From assembly GCA_965199955.1 (NCBI GenBank), contig CBDATQ010000002.1, positions 160,001-224,000 on the forward strand: a DNA stretch of 64,000 bases, given 5' to 3'. A model generated the notes under the pieces. It had not been told where the DNA came from and did not search any database. It saw only the letters and a list, made by a program, of their open reading frames with translations. Source of the DNA: Spirochaetia bacterium (lineage in GTDB: Bacteria > Spirochaetota > Spirochaetia > SZUA-6 > Bin103). Positions within the stretch are counted from its first letter, which is position 1. Every line of letters begins with the position of its first letter. A program made the translations under genes and the position numbers. Below are positions 18,314 through 27,896 of this stretch, piece after piece.

Positions 18314-19519
18314 ATGCGCAACATCGGCCTGCTCACCAGTGGGGGTGATGCACCCGGACTGAACGCCGTGCTGCACGGCGCCGCCGCCATGGCGGAAGCG
18401 CGCGGCGCGCGCGCCTGGATCATCCCCAACGGCTACGCCGGACTCTACAACCTGGAGCAGATCACGGAGCTGGTGGCGCTGGACGCGGACCGGCGCGACG
18501 CGATCGACTGCGCGGAAGCCGGGTCGTCGGCCGGGCACTCCCGCGTCAAGATTGCCGCGATTCCCGACGAGAACCGCTACGATCGCATCATCGCCGGGCT
18601 GCGGCGCTTCTCCATCGACGGCCTGGTGATCGCGGGGGGCGACGATACCGGCTCGGTAGTCGTCGACCTTGCGGAACGGGGCATCCCGGTCGTGCACGCG
18701 CCGAAGACGATCGACCTGGACCTGCAGACCTACTCGGTCGGGGGGGATACCGCGGTCAACCGGATCGCGCGTGTCGTCGACGATCTCAAGTCGACGGGCC
18801 GCAGCCACAACCGCGTGATGATCACCGAGGCGTTCGGGCGCTACGCCGGCCACGTCGCGCTGCGCGGCGGCATCGCCGCCGACGCCGACTGCATCCTGCT
18901 GCCGGAGGTTCCGGTCGACTTCGATGTCGTCCACGAACACCTGAAGCAGAGATTGATCGGCCGCCTGCGCTCCGCGGGCGGTTTCGCCGCGACCTACACG
19001 GTGGTCGTGGCCGAAGGGATGACGAGGGCGGACGGCGGCACGGTTACCGACGACAGCGTCGCCGCGGACGCCTTCGGCCATCGCAAGCTCGCCGGCGCCG
19101 GACGCTACGTCCGCGAACAGATCCAGGCGCGACTCGACGACGATGAGGAGATCCGCCATGCGATGCGCGAGCTGGGCATGTACGTTCCGGGTCTCCACCA
19201 CGCGCCTGAGGCGCGCGATGTCGTGCCCGCGCACTTGGTGCGTTCCGGGACCACGACCGCCTTCGATGTCGGATTCGGCAAGCAGGTCGGCGCGGGGGCG
19301 GTGCTCTTGCTGCTGGGCGGCGTCTCGGGGGTGACCGTGAGTTGGGTAAACGGCGATTCGGTGTCGTATCTGCCCACGCGCACGGCTATCGCGCAGCACC
19401 ACGTCGATCCGGCGATCATCAGCCTGTACGAGGAGATGGGGGTCTGCTTCGGCCGCCGCCCACGCCGCTATGCGCCGGAGTTCCGGCAGCTCGACGGCCC
19501 GGAGCCGCACTACCTCTGA
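18314..19519 (+). CDS. pfk: 6-phosphofructokinase, probably PPi-dependent
   Basis: TSGGDAPGLN, GGDD and PKTID (PPi-type determinants), FGR in place of MGR. Confidence 0.88.
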   Translation: MRNIGLLTSGGDAPGLNAVLHGAAAMAEARGARAWIIPNGYAGLYNLEQITELVALDADRRDAIDCAEAGSSAGHSRVKIAAIPDENRYDRIIAGLRRFSIDGLVIAGGDDTGSVVVDLAERGIPVVHAPKTIDLDLQTYSVGGDTAVNRIARVVDDLKSTGRSHNRVMITEAFGRYAGHVALRGGIAADADCILLPEVPVDFDVVHEHLKQRLIGRLRSAGGFAATYTVVVAEGMTRADGGTVTDDSVAADAFGHRKLAGAGRYVREQIQARLDDDEEIRHAMRELGMYVPGLHHAPEARDVVPAHLVRSGTTTAFDVGFGKQVGAGAVLLLLGGVSGVTVSWVNGDSVSYLPTRTAIAQHHVDPAIISLYEEMGVCFGRRPRRYAPEFRQLDGPEPHYL

Positions 19520-20727
19520 CGGCGGTCCGGCCTTGGGTCGGCCTGCCGGCGCTCGCGTGCGCCGGTCACGACGGCGATCGCGGCGCCGATCGCGACGTCA
19601 GCGGCCACGCCCATCGCGGTCAGCAGCGGCAGCACCGGGGCCACCAGGAGGTAACTCTCTTCCAGCCCTCTCCCCCAGCCGGCGGCAAGCAATGCCAGGG
19701 CCGCGGTTGCGGCGCCGCCCGGAGCCGCCGGCAGGGCGAAGGCGAGCACCGAGGTGGCGCCGATGATCCACAGCACCTCAGCCCAGGCAAGCGGAATGAT
19801 CGAATAGGAGCGAACGACAAGGGTGAAGGAGGAGGCGGCCACCATGGCGCTGCCTGCACGGCCGAACATCGCGAACAGCGGAAAGGCCGCGCTTCCCAGT
19901 TTGGTCGGAATCCGCAGGTTCGCGGCCCCGTGCCGGGCCAGCGCCGCCAGCGCCGCGTGGTGGTGTCCGGTGCCGATCCCCGTCAGCACCGGCACGGTCA
20001 GCCCGGACAACGACGGCACCTCCACCTGCCTGTGTCGGAGCAGGTGCCACCAGAGCAGCAGGCCTCCGAGCACCAGTCCCAGGTCGATCGCCAGTACCAG
20101 CACGAGCTGGCCGTAGGGACCGGCGCCGCCCCCTCTCAGGGCGGCGGTCAGCGACGCGCCGCCGAGCAGCAGCGCGATCCAGAGATGGCCGGTGACGAGG
20201 GAGTTGATCCGGTAGAAGAGCCGCGCCAGCGCCTCGACCAGCTCGGCGATCACGCGGCTCGACCGATCCTCCGGTATGCTCAGGCCGATCACCAGAGCGA
20301 TCAGGTATACTGGCAGCAACAGCGCCCCGTCGCCGGCCAGTCCGGCAAACAGGTTGGTCGGCAGCGCACGCTGTGCATGCTGAAGAAAGCTCGGCACCGA
20401 GGCGGCGGCGCGGTTTACGATGATGATGGGAATCCGATCCGGTGACGCTGCCAGCACGGACAGTACGCCCAGGGACGCCAGGGACACCGTGGCGGCCGCC
20501 TGCCCTGCGAGCAACCTGGCGTGGGCGCGCAGCGCGCCGCGGCGGCCCAGCTCGCGCATGCCCGCGACCAGGCCGAAGAACACCATCGGAAACACGAACA
20601 CCTGCACGGCCCGGACCGCCAGGTCCGCGGCGGTATGCAGGACTGCGGCGACCGGCGGCTGGTGGAGCAGGGCGCCCAGCGCAGCGCCGGCGGCCAGCGC
20701 CAGGGTGCCCCGGAGGGCCGGCGTCAT
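19510..20727 (-). CDS. Divergent dicarboxylate/amino acid:cation symporter (DAACS) family protein
   Basis: Polytopic, VFPMVFFGL and PTNLF segments; canonical SSS and NMDG motifs replaced. Confidence 0.7.
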   Translation of the reverse strand: MTPALRGTLALAAGAALGALLHQPPVAAVLHTAADLAVRAVQVFVFPMVFFGLVAGMRELGRRGALRAHARLLAGQAAATVSLASLGVLSVLAASPDRIPIIIVNRAAASVPSFLQHAQRALPTNLFAGLAGDGALLLPVYLIALVIGLSIPEDRSSRVIAELVEALARLFYRINSLVTGHLWIALLLGGASLTAALRGGGAGPYGQLVLVLAIDLGLVLGGLLLWWHLLRHRQVEVPSLSGLTVPVLTGIGTGHHHAALAALARHGAANLRIPTKLGSAAFPLFAMFGRAGSAMVAASSFTLVVRSYSIIPLAWAEVLWIIGATSVLAFALPAAPGGAATAALALLAAGWGRGLEESYLLVAPVLPLLTAMGVAADVAIGAAIAVVTGARERRQADPRPDRRQR

Positions 20728-20748
20728 CGTTCACTCCAGGAGGCACGC

Positions 20749-21606
20749 ATGAAGGCGGTGATCGTCGCGGCCGGGTATGGAAGCAGGTTCCTGCCGGCTT
20801 CGAAGACGGTACCCAAGGAGATGTTTCCGGTCATCGACCGACCCGCGATCGACTTCATACTACAGGAGCTGCGCGACTCCGGCGTCGAGGACATCCTGTT
20901 CATCACCTCGCGCCGCAAGCGGGCGCTGGAAGACTACGTCGATCGCGAGGTGGAGCTGGAGCAGGTGTTCGAGTCCGAGGGCGCGGCCGACAAGCAGCGG
21001 ACGATCGCCGTGCCGCCGGGCCGATACGTATTCCTTCGGCAGCAGAGGATGCTGGGCACGGGCCAGGCGATCCTGCTGGCCGAGTCGTTCACCGGTGATG
21101 ACCCGTTCGTGGTCGTGTTTCCCGACGACCTGCACGTCGGCGAACCGCCGCTCACGCGCCAGTTGATCGACACGTACGAGCGCACCGGTTGCAGCGTGCT
21201 GGCCGTCGAGCACGATCCGCCCCATCTGGAGCGGTACGGGGTGGTGGCGCTTGCAGACGACGGCCTGCACGTCACCGGCATCGTGGAGAAGCCGGCGCCG
21301 GGCACGGAACCGAGCCGCGACATCGCCATCGGCCGCTACCTGTTTACGCCGGAGATCTACCCGGCCTTGCGGGGCCGCTGGGAACGCCATCGCGGCGGCG
21401 AGTTCAACTACACCGAGGGGGTGGAGGAGCTGGCACGGCAGGGGCGCGTGGTCATCCAGCTCATGATCGGCCGCCGTCTGGATATCGGCGCGCCGGCAGG
21501 CTACCTGCGGTCCATCCTGGAGTACGCGGCGCGCGACCCGGAGTTGGCGGCGGAGATCGAGGCCTTTCAGGCCGGCCGCGATACGTCGGCTGCCAGCGCC
21601 TCGTAG
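20749..21606 (+). CDS. galU: UTP--glucose-1-phosphate uridylyltransferase
   Basis: AAGYGSRFLPASKTVPKEM, LGTGQA, VEKP, IGRY; AGGAGG RBS. Confidence 0.92.
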   Translation: MKAVIVAAGYGSRFLPASKTVPKEMFPVIDRPAIDFILQELRDSGVEDILFITSRRKRALEDYVDREVELEQVFESEGAADKQRTIAVPPGRYVFLRQQRMLGTGQAILLAESFTGDDPFVVVFPDDLHVGEPPLTRQLIDTYERTGCSVLAVEHDPPHLERYGVVALADDGLHVTGIVEKPAPGTEPSRDIAIGRYLFTPEIYPALRGRWERHRGGEFNYTEGVEELARQGRVVIQLMIGRRLDIGAPAGYLRSILEYAARDPELAAEIEAFQAGRDTSAASAS

Positions 21607-22406
21607 CGTGCGGCCTCACCGTCGCGGCCACGCTTGCGCGCGCCGGCGGCGTGGATCAGGCACTTGCGGGCGAGCTCGCGGCGCGCGATGGAGCGTTCAG
21701 GCTCCGCCCAGTGATCGGCCGCCACCAGCGGCGCCAGGGCGTCGATGCGAAAGCGTTCGATCTGCCCGTAGCGCTCCGAGAGCTGGTCCCCGTGGCCGGC
21801 GCGCTTGGTGACCAGCGGCCGGTCGCAGTACGCCACCGGGAAGCGCGCGGTCACGCGCAGCCACAGCTCGTAGTCCTCGGCGATCTCCAGGTCTTCGCGG
21901 AACCCGACGACCTCGCGCAGCACGGCGCGGTGCAGGACCACCGTGGATGGCCCGACGATGCACTTGCGGACGGCGTCGGCAAACAGCCACCCGGAGCGCC
22001 GATGGCGTTGGCCGGCCTGTGACACGGGGCGGCCGTCGCGCAGCCAGAGCTCCCGGCTGTGGACGATCGGAACGCCGGGACTCGCGCGCAGCAGCTCGAT
22101 CTGCAGGGCGAGCTTGTCGGGCATCCAAAGGTCGTCGGAGTCGAGGAACGCCAGGTAGTCGCCGGTCGCGACAGCCACGCCGGCGTTGCGCACGGCGCCG
22201 GGCCGGCCGTTGTGGTCGATGCGGAGCAGGCGCAGGCCGGGCTCCGCGCGCAGGCGATCCGAGGTGCCGTCGGTGGACCCGTCGTCCACGACGATCAGCT
22301 CGATCGGGGCATAGCTCTGCGCGCGGACCGAATCGATCGCCTCCATCAACAGGGCGAGGCGGTCGTGCGTGGGGATGACCACCGACACCAGCGGGTGATC
22401 GGACAC
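21567..22406 (-). CDS. Glycosyltransferase family 2
   Basis: VSVVIPT, VVDDGSTD, RNAG, FLDSDD, EDYELW. Confidence 0.92.
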   Translation of the reverse strand: MSDHPLVSVVIPTHDRLALLMEAIDSVRAQSYAPIELIVVDDGSTDGTSDRLRAEPGLRLLRIDHNGRPGAVRNAGVAVATGDYLAFLDSDDLWMPDKLALQIELLRASPGVPIVHSRELWLRDGRPVSQAGQRHRRSGWLFADAVRKCIVGPSTVVLHRAVLREVVGFREDLEIAEDYELWLRVTARFPVAYCDRPLVTKRAGHGDQLSERYGQIERFRIDALAPLVAADHWAEPERSIARRELARKCLIHAAGARKRGRDGEAARYEALAADVSRPA

Positions 22407-22424
22407 CAGTTCGATGGGCTAACT

Positions 22425-22991
22425 ATGCAGTACTCTGCACCCGTGGCCTCCGGCACGGGACAGGGGAGCGCACCGATCGCCACGGGCGGAGTCACCCGCG
22501 TGGCGCTGATCGGCTTCATGGGCGCCGGCAAGTCCTCGGTCGGGATGGCGCTGGCGGTGGCGCTGCGCTGGCGGTTCGTCGACCTGGACCGGGCAATCGA
22601 ACAGGAGCAGGGGCGGACGATCCGCGAGATCTTCGCCGCGGCCGGCGAGTCGGGCTTCCGGGCAGCGGAGAGCGCCGCCCTGCATCGGCTGACCGGCGCG
22701 GAGCAGACGGTCCTGGCGGTCGGCGGCGGAGCGCCGGTGCAGCCGGAGAACCGGGCGTTCTTCCGCGATTGGATGACCTTCTATCTGGCCGCGCCGCTCG
22801 CGGAGCTTCGAGAGCGGGCCGGCCGGCCGGGCGCCCGGCCGCTGATGGACCTGCCGCCCGCCCAGCTGCGCGCCCTGTATCGACGGCGCGAGCCGATCTA
22901 CCGGAGTCTCGGTATCCGTATCCACACCACTCGCAGGCCGGTCGGCGCCATCACGGCCACCATCCTGGAGCGGATGCGCCAGCCGACGTGA
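22425..22991 (+). CDS. aroK: Shikimate kinase
   Basis: GFMGAGKS, DLD, GESGFR, GGG, RPL motifs. Confidence 0.9.
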   Translation: MQYSAPVASGTGQGSAPIATGGVTRVALIGFMGAGKSSVGMALAVALRWRFVDLDRAIEQEQGRTIREIFAAAGESGFRAAESAALHRLTGAEQTVLAVGGGAPVQPENRAFFRDWMTFYLAAPLAELRERAGRPGARPLMDLPPAQLRALYRRREPIYRSLGIRIHTTRRPVGAITATILERMRQPT

Positions 22992-23073
22992 TGTGACACC
23001 TGCCGGCACGTCGCCACCGCCTCCGGTGTGTGGATTGGAGGGGAGGGATATCCTCGCCTGACGCGCCGGGTGG

Positions 23074-23640
23074 TCAGCGCCGCCGGCGCTCGAGCTCCAC
23101 GTACACCTGGTCGAGCCGGACGCCCTGAGCTTCCAGCAGCGCCAGCAGGTGGTAGAGCAGGTCGGCCGACTCGGTGACCAGCTCCTCCGCCGTGCCGGCG
23201 GTGATCACCTCGATCGCCTCTTCGCCCACCTTCTTGCGGATCTTGCCGGCACCCTGCTCGAACAGATAGGCGGTGTAGGAGCGTTCCGGATCGGCTCCCT
23301 TGCGTTCCCGGATGGCCGCCGCCAGTGCGTCGAGCGCGTCAGGCGGCCGCTCCCGGTTCGTCGCGGCGGCGCCGGAGCCCCGCGGCTCCGTGGTCTCCTC
23401 GGCCAACGCTGCCGCGTACCACGAGTCTCCGCGCCGCACGTCGGCGATCCGGGACGTGCAACCCGGCGGAGGGCGGTACGGCAGTTCGCGGGCGCCATCG
23501 ACATCGGTCACCCACAGCGATCGCGATTCGCGCGTCTTGACGTAGGCGCGCTCGTTCATCGCCAGCAGGTCGACCACCGTGCCGCCGGAGATCACGACCA
23601 GCGGGCGCACGCCGGCCGGCGAGGCCGTCACGTCGCCCAC
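23074..23640 (-). CDS. hisE: Phosphoribosyl-ATP diphosphatase with vestigial HisI-like N-terminus
   Basis: SYTAYL, KKVGEEAIE, ESADLLYH. Confidence 0.88.
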   Translation of the reverse strand: MGDVTASPAGVRPLVVISGGTVVDLLAMNERAYVKTRESRSLWVTDVDGARELPYRPPPGCTSRIADVRRGDSWYAAALAEETTEPRGSGAAATNRERPPDALDALAAAIRERKGADPERSYTAYLFEQGAGKIRKKVGEEAIEVITAGTAEELVTESADLLYHLLALLEAQGVRLDQVYVELERRRR

Positions 23641-24368
23641 AGCTCGGTGTCGCCCGGGCGCTGCAGCGCGTCGACCGCGTGCCTCAGATCGACGCGACGC
23701 TCATAGATCGCGGTACCGACGATCGCGCCGGCGGCGGCGCCCGTCGAAGCGATCGCCGTCAGGTCGGCCTGCGAGCTCACGCCGCCGGAAAACAGCACCG
23801 GCAGCCCGGACGCCTCGGCGGCCGCCGTGCCGCCCGCCAAGTCCGGGCCCTCCAGCATGCCATCGCGATCGACCGCCGTGTAGACCAGCCCGGCCAGCCT
23901 CGACCCGCGCACGGCATCGATCAGCACCCGCTCGCCGCCCGCCGACTCCGCCCATCCTCTGACCTGCACTTGCCCCAGGCGGGCGTCGATGCCGCCGACC
24001 ACCCGGCCGGGCCACCGTTCGGCCCAGGACAGGACCTCCGACGTACGGGTTGCAAGCGTCGTGCCCACGACCACGGCGTCCACCCCAACGTCGAGCAACG
24101 CCTCGGCATCCTCGGCGCTCCTGACCCCGCCGCCTGCCTGGATGCGGACATCGACGGTCTTGCGGATCGTACCAATCATCTCTCGGTTGGTCCCGCTGCC
24201 GCGCGCGGCATCGAGGTCGACCACGTGGATCCAGAGCGCTCCGGCCTGAGCGAAGTCCGCGGCGATCGCGGCGGCGGCGTCGCCGTAACGGCGCGCGCGC
24301 TCAAAGTCCCCCTGCTGCAGCTGGACGCAACGGCCGCCAAGCAGATCGATGGCGGGTACGATGAGCAC
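23628..24368 (-). CDS. hisA: ProFAR isomerase
   Basis: PAIDLLGGRCVQLQQG, HVVDLDAA, GGGVR, DGMLEGP, SGGV. Confidence 0.93.
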   Translation of the reverse strand: MLIVPAIDLLGGRCVQLQQGDFERARRYGDAAAAIAADFAQAGALWIHVVDLDAARGSGTNREMIGTIRKTVDVRIQAGGGVRSAEDAEALLDVGVDAVVVGTTLATRTSEVLSWAERWPGRVVGGIDARLGQVQVRGWAESAGGERVLIDAVRGSRLAGLVYTAVDRDGMLEGPDLAGGTAAAEASGLPVLFSGGVSSQADLTAIASTGAAAGAIVGTAIYERRVDLRHAVDALQRPGDTELWAT

Positions 24369-24375
24369 CGCGGCC

Positions 24376-24831
24376 TCAGCGCAGCGGATCGAACGCCTGA
24401 TGGAGCGTGCGCTCGACCGTGTGCGTGTCGACCCCGCTCTCCCACAGGCCTGTCAGGCGGCCCTGCCGGCCGAGGCGGCAGATCGCGGCCAGCACCTGCA
24501 GGTACTCCGTGCGCTGCGCGGGCGCGGTCGCGAACACGAACAGGAGATGCACCGGCTGTCGATCGACGGCGGCGAACTCGATGCCGAGCCGGGACACGCC
24601 GACCGCAACCAGCAGTGAGGACAGCCCCTTCAACTCGCCGTGCGACAGCGCGATGCCTCGTCCGACTGCCGTGGAGTGGACGCGCTCGCGTGCGATCACC
24701 GCGTCCTCGATTGCCTCGCGATTGGCGTCGCCCAGCGCCGGCCAGCGGCTGATCACCTCGTGGATTGCGGCCCATTTATCGCGACTGGAGAGATCGGGGA
24801 CAACCGCAACGGACGACGCGCAACCCTGCAC
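24376..24831 (-). CDS. PTS EIIA (PtsN/fructose-type) domain protein
   Basis: RERVHSTAVGRGIALSHG phospho-His motif. Confidence 0.85.
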   Translation of the reverse strand: MQGCASSVAVVPDLSSRDKWAAIHEVISRWPALGDANREAIEDAVIARERVHSTAVGRGIALSHGELKGLSSLLVAVGVSRLGIEFAAVDRQPVHLLFVFATAPAQRTEYLQVLAAICRLGRQGRLTGLWESGVDTHTVERTLHQAFDPLR

Positions 24832-24885
24832 TTCCGTTCACGTTACACGCGATACGCCCGTGCGACAACGACGATAGGAGCGGGC

Positions 24886-25161
24886 GTGTTACGCTGTCCC
24901 GTGCGCATAGCCGTCGCATATCGGCCGGGCATTACCGATGGCAGGGCAACGGCGCTGGCCGCGTCGCTGTTCGACCCCAACGGCTCGACCGCTGCGGCGG
25001 CCGGGCTGTGCGACGCGAGCGGCCGGGTGTTCGGGCTGATGCCGCACCCGGAGGCGTTCCCGGATCCCGTCAATCACCCGCGCTGGACGCGCAGAATGCC
25101 GGCACGGGCAGACGGCCTGCTGCTGCTCGAGAACGGCGTGCAGCAGGCCGCGGCCGCATGA
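24886..25161 (+). pseudogene. purQ: Collapsed FGAM synthase remnant (purQ C-terminus, possibly fused to a purL/purS-like N-terminus)
   Basis: DPNGS..AGLCDASGRVFGLMPHPE is the PurQ C-terminus; catalytic Cys region absent; 91 codons, AGGAG RBS. Confidence 0.75.
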
Positions 25162-25772
25162 GCTCGTCCCCGGCCGACGGCCATCGCCACCGTCTGCTCG
25201 CCCTGCTCCGCGGCAACGCCGTGCTCTGGGAGTGCCTGGAGCGGGTAGCCGAGCTGGATCTGCCCGGCTGGTACCTGGGGGCAGGCTGCGTGACCCAGAC
25301 CGTCTGGAACGCCGCCCACGGCAAGCCGCCGGGGGAGGACATCGACGACCACGACCTGGTCTACTTCGATGCCGGCGACCTCGGCGAGGAAGCCGAGGTC
25401 GCCGGCGTGACCGGGGCGCAGGAGGCCGTGACCGGCCTGCCGATCCGTCTGGACGTCAAGAACCAGGCCAGGGTCCACCTCTGGTACCGGCAACGCTTCG
25501 GGTACCGCATCGAGCCCTACCGCTCCACCGAGGCCGCCATCCGCACGTGGCCCACCACGGCGACCGCGGTCGGCGTGCGGCTGACGCGCGGGGGCCCGGT
25601 GGTGTTCGCGCCGTTCGGCCTGGCCGACCTGTTCGGGCTCGTGGTGCGCGCGAATCGGGTGCAGGTCACGCAGGCGATCTACGAAGGAAAGGTGGCTCGA
25701 TGGCGCAGGTGCTGGCCGGATCTCACGGTGCTTCCGTGGGACGACGGCATCGGCGCCCCCCGGCGAACTTGA
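25158..25772 (+). CDS. Nucleotidyltransferase family protein (DUF925-like)
   Basis: WYLGAGC.TQTVWN, DHDLVYFD, VKNQARVHLWY, APFGL. Confidence 0.85.
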   Translation: MSSSPADGHRHRLLALLRGNAVLWECLERVAELDLPGWYLGAGCVTQTVWNAAHGKPPGEDIDDHDLVYFDAGDLGEEAEVAGVTGAQEAVTGLPIRLDVKNQARVHLWYRQRFGYRIEPYRSTEAAIRTWPTTATAVGVRLTRGGPVVFAPFGLADLFGLVVRANRVQVTQAIYEGKVARWRRCWPDLTVLPWDDGIGAPRRT

Positions 25773-25816
25773 AGGCAGGCGCCCCGCGTGGCACCGTACG
25801 GTCCAGGAGGACATCA

Positions 25817-26476
25817 GTGGCGCTCAGGATCAACGACGAAGCTCCCGATTTTTCCGCGGAGACTACTCAGGGCCCGATCGACTTCCACGAGTGGATTGGC
25901 GACGGATGGGCGGTTCTCTTCTCTCACCCCAAGGACTTCACGCCGGTGTGCACCACCGAGCTGGGCGCGGTGGCGGGTCTCCAGGACGAGTTCGCCAGGC
26001 GCAACTGCAAGGTGCTCGGTATCAGCGTGGACGGCGTCAGCGACCACGAAGCGTGGTCGAAGGACATCGAGGCGTCTCAGGGCCACGCGGTGACCTACCC
26101 GCTGATCGGCGATCCGGACCTCTCCATCGTGAAGACCTACGACATGCTGCCAGGGGACGCCGGGACGACCTCCGCAGGCCGCACGCCCATGGACAACGCC
26201 ACCGCGCGGTCGGTGTTCGTGATCGGGCCAGACAAGAAGATCAAGGCGACCCTGACCTACCCGATGAGCACGGGCCGCAACTTCGCGGAGATCCTGCGCC
26301 TGCTCGACTCGTGCCAGCTCACCGCGGCCAAGCAGGTCGCGACCCCGGCCAACTGGAACCAGGGCGACGACGTGATCATCCTGCCGTCCGTTTCCGACGA
26401 GGCGGCGAAGGAGACCTATCCGGACGGATGGGAGTCCCCATTGCCGTACATCCGCATTGTCCCGCAGCCCAGATAG
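25817..26476 (+). CDS. 1-Cys peroxiredoxin (Prx6)
   Basis: FSHPKDFTPVCTTELG, YPMSTGRN, TPANW; AGGAGG RBS. Confidence 0.95.
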   Translation: MALRINDEAPDFSAETTQGPIDFHEWIGDGWAVLFSHPKDFTPVCTTELGAVAGLQDEFARRNCKVLGISVDGVSDHEAWSKDIEASQGHAVTYPLIGDPDLSIVKTYDMLPGDAGTTSAGRTPMDNATARSVFVIGPDKKIKATLTYPMSTGRNFAEILRLLDSCQLTAAKQVATPANWNQGDDVIILPSVSDEAAKETYPDGWESPLPYIRIVPQPR

Positions 26477-26580
26477 CCGGCCGTACGGCCGGTTCCGCGC
26501 AGCGCTCGGCTTGCCTTGGCGGGCGCCGCGCGCGTACCATACGCAAGGGCGCGCAGTCGTCTGCCGCGCGTCGAATCTCC

Positions 26581-26654
26581 GGGGGCGTAGCTCAGTTGGC
26601 TAGAGCGCGTGAATGGCATTCACGAGGTCGTGGGTTCGATTCCCGTCGCCTCCA
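26581..26654 (+). tRNA. tRNA-Ala(GGC)
   Basis: GGGGGCGTAGCTCAGTTGGCTAGAGCGCGTGAAT-GGC-ATTCACG...GGTTCGATTCCCGTCGCCTCCA. Confidence 0.96.
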
Positions 26655-26677
26655 AAGAGAACAGTCGTAGCACGCGA

Positions 26678-26972
26678 TCAGGTCGCCACAAAACGTTCGA
26701 CCGCAATCTCCCCGGCCCGGCCGCGCGCCTGCCACAGATCGTGGGCCATCTGCATTCCCAGCCACACCTCCGGCGTCGAGCCGAAGGCTTTCGATAGCCG
26801 GATCGCCATCTCCACTGAGAGCCCCGTCCGTTCGACAATTCGGACAGCGCTTGCCTGGTAACGCCCAACCCCCTGCCCGAGTCACCGTCAACCCCAGAGG
26901 TTCGAGGCACTGTCGCTTCACGATGCTGCCGGGTTGCAGGTTCTTCCGTTGATGCGTAGCCTCTGGCTCCAT
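26678..26972 (-). pseudogene. higA: HigA-family antitoxin, doubly frameshifted
   Basis: Pieces in three frames: PGSIVKRQCLEPLGLTVT / GLGVTRQALSEL.NGR / VEMAIRLSKAFGSTPEVWLGMQMAHDLWQAR. Confidence 0.85.
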
Positions 26973-27028
26973 GACTTCGCCACGCTGCCGGTGGCTTCAC
27001 CAGCAGCGACGGTATGAAAGGACAAGGG

Positions 27029-27772
27029 ATGACAGACTCCATCAAGCAGGCACTGGCGGCGGGTGAGCCGTCGCTGGGCTCGTGGCTCAATCTCGGCTCG
27101 CCCCTGGCGGCGGAGGTCATGGCGGCCGCCGGCTACTCCTGGCTGGTGGTCGATGCCGAGCACACCGCCTTCGACCTGGGTCTCATCGCCCACACCTTCC
27201 GCGCGACCGAGGCGCGCGGCGCCGTGCCCCTGGCGCGTATCTGGGACCACGACCCGGTCACCATCGGCCGCGTGCTGGACGCGGGCGCCTGCGGTCTGGT
27301 GATCCCGCACGTGTCGACGCCGGAGCAGGCCGCCGCCGTCGTGTCCGCCATGCGTTATCCGCCGGCCGGCACGCGCTCGCAGGGGACGGGCCGCTGTGTG
27401 ACGCTGGCCGACGACTACCGGCAGACAGCCAACGACTGGCTGCTGTGCATCCCGCAGATCGAGGATCTGGAAGGGATCGACAACGCCGAGGCGATCGCCC
27501 GCGTCGACGGGGTCGACATCGGCTTCCTGGGCCCCGGCGACCTGGCCCTGTCGATGGGGGTGACCGCGGGCGACCCGCGGCACGAAGATGCGCTGCGGCG
27601 CTTCCGCGAAGGCTGCGCGCGCGCCGGCGTTCCGTGCGGGATGCCCGTACCGAACCCCGCGGACGTGCCGCGCCGACTGCGCGAAGGGTTCCAGTTCATC
27701 GACATCGCCAGCGACCTGCGCTTCACCGACAGCGCGGCGCGCGCGGCGCTGGCCCAGGCTCGCGGAGGTTAG
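27029..27772 (+). CDS. HpcH/HpaI class II aldolase
   Basis: DAEH, RVLDAGA, RYPPAGTR, QIE, GPGDL. Confidence 0.92.
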   Translation: MTDSIKQALAAGEPSLGSWLNLGSPLAAEVMAAAGYSWLVVDAEHTAFDLGLIAHTFRATEARGAVPLARIWDHDPVTIGRVLDAGACGLVIPHVSTPEQAAAVVSAMRYPPAGTRSQGTGRCVTLADDYRQTANDWLLCIPQIEDLEGIDNAEAIARVDGVDIGFLGPGDLALSMGVTAGDPRHEDALRRFREGCARAGVPCGMPVPNPADVPRRLREGFQFIDIASDLRFTDSAARAALAQARGG

Positions 27773-27890
27773 CGCCCCGAAACCGTCGCCTACGGCTCCG
27801 CTTTCGGCCCATCCCCACCTTACGCGTCGGAGTCTGTGGGCCTTCCCGCTGGCGGGCCTTCCCGCTGGCGCGGCAAATCCGACAGACTCC
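27773..27890. repeat. Dispersed double-hairpin repeat, copy 2 (with an internal tandem duplication)
   Basis: CCGAAAcCG-tcgcctacggctc-CGcTTTCGG then GGAGTCTGT...ACAGACTCC; GGGCCTTCCCGCTGGC x2. Confidence 0.88.
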
Positions 27891-27896
27891 TAGCGC

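Noticed and set aside
26678..26972. Programmed frameshifting in higA
   Set aside because: Two separate shifts with lost codons and no slippery motif; ordinary decay is simpler
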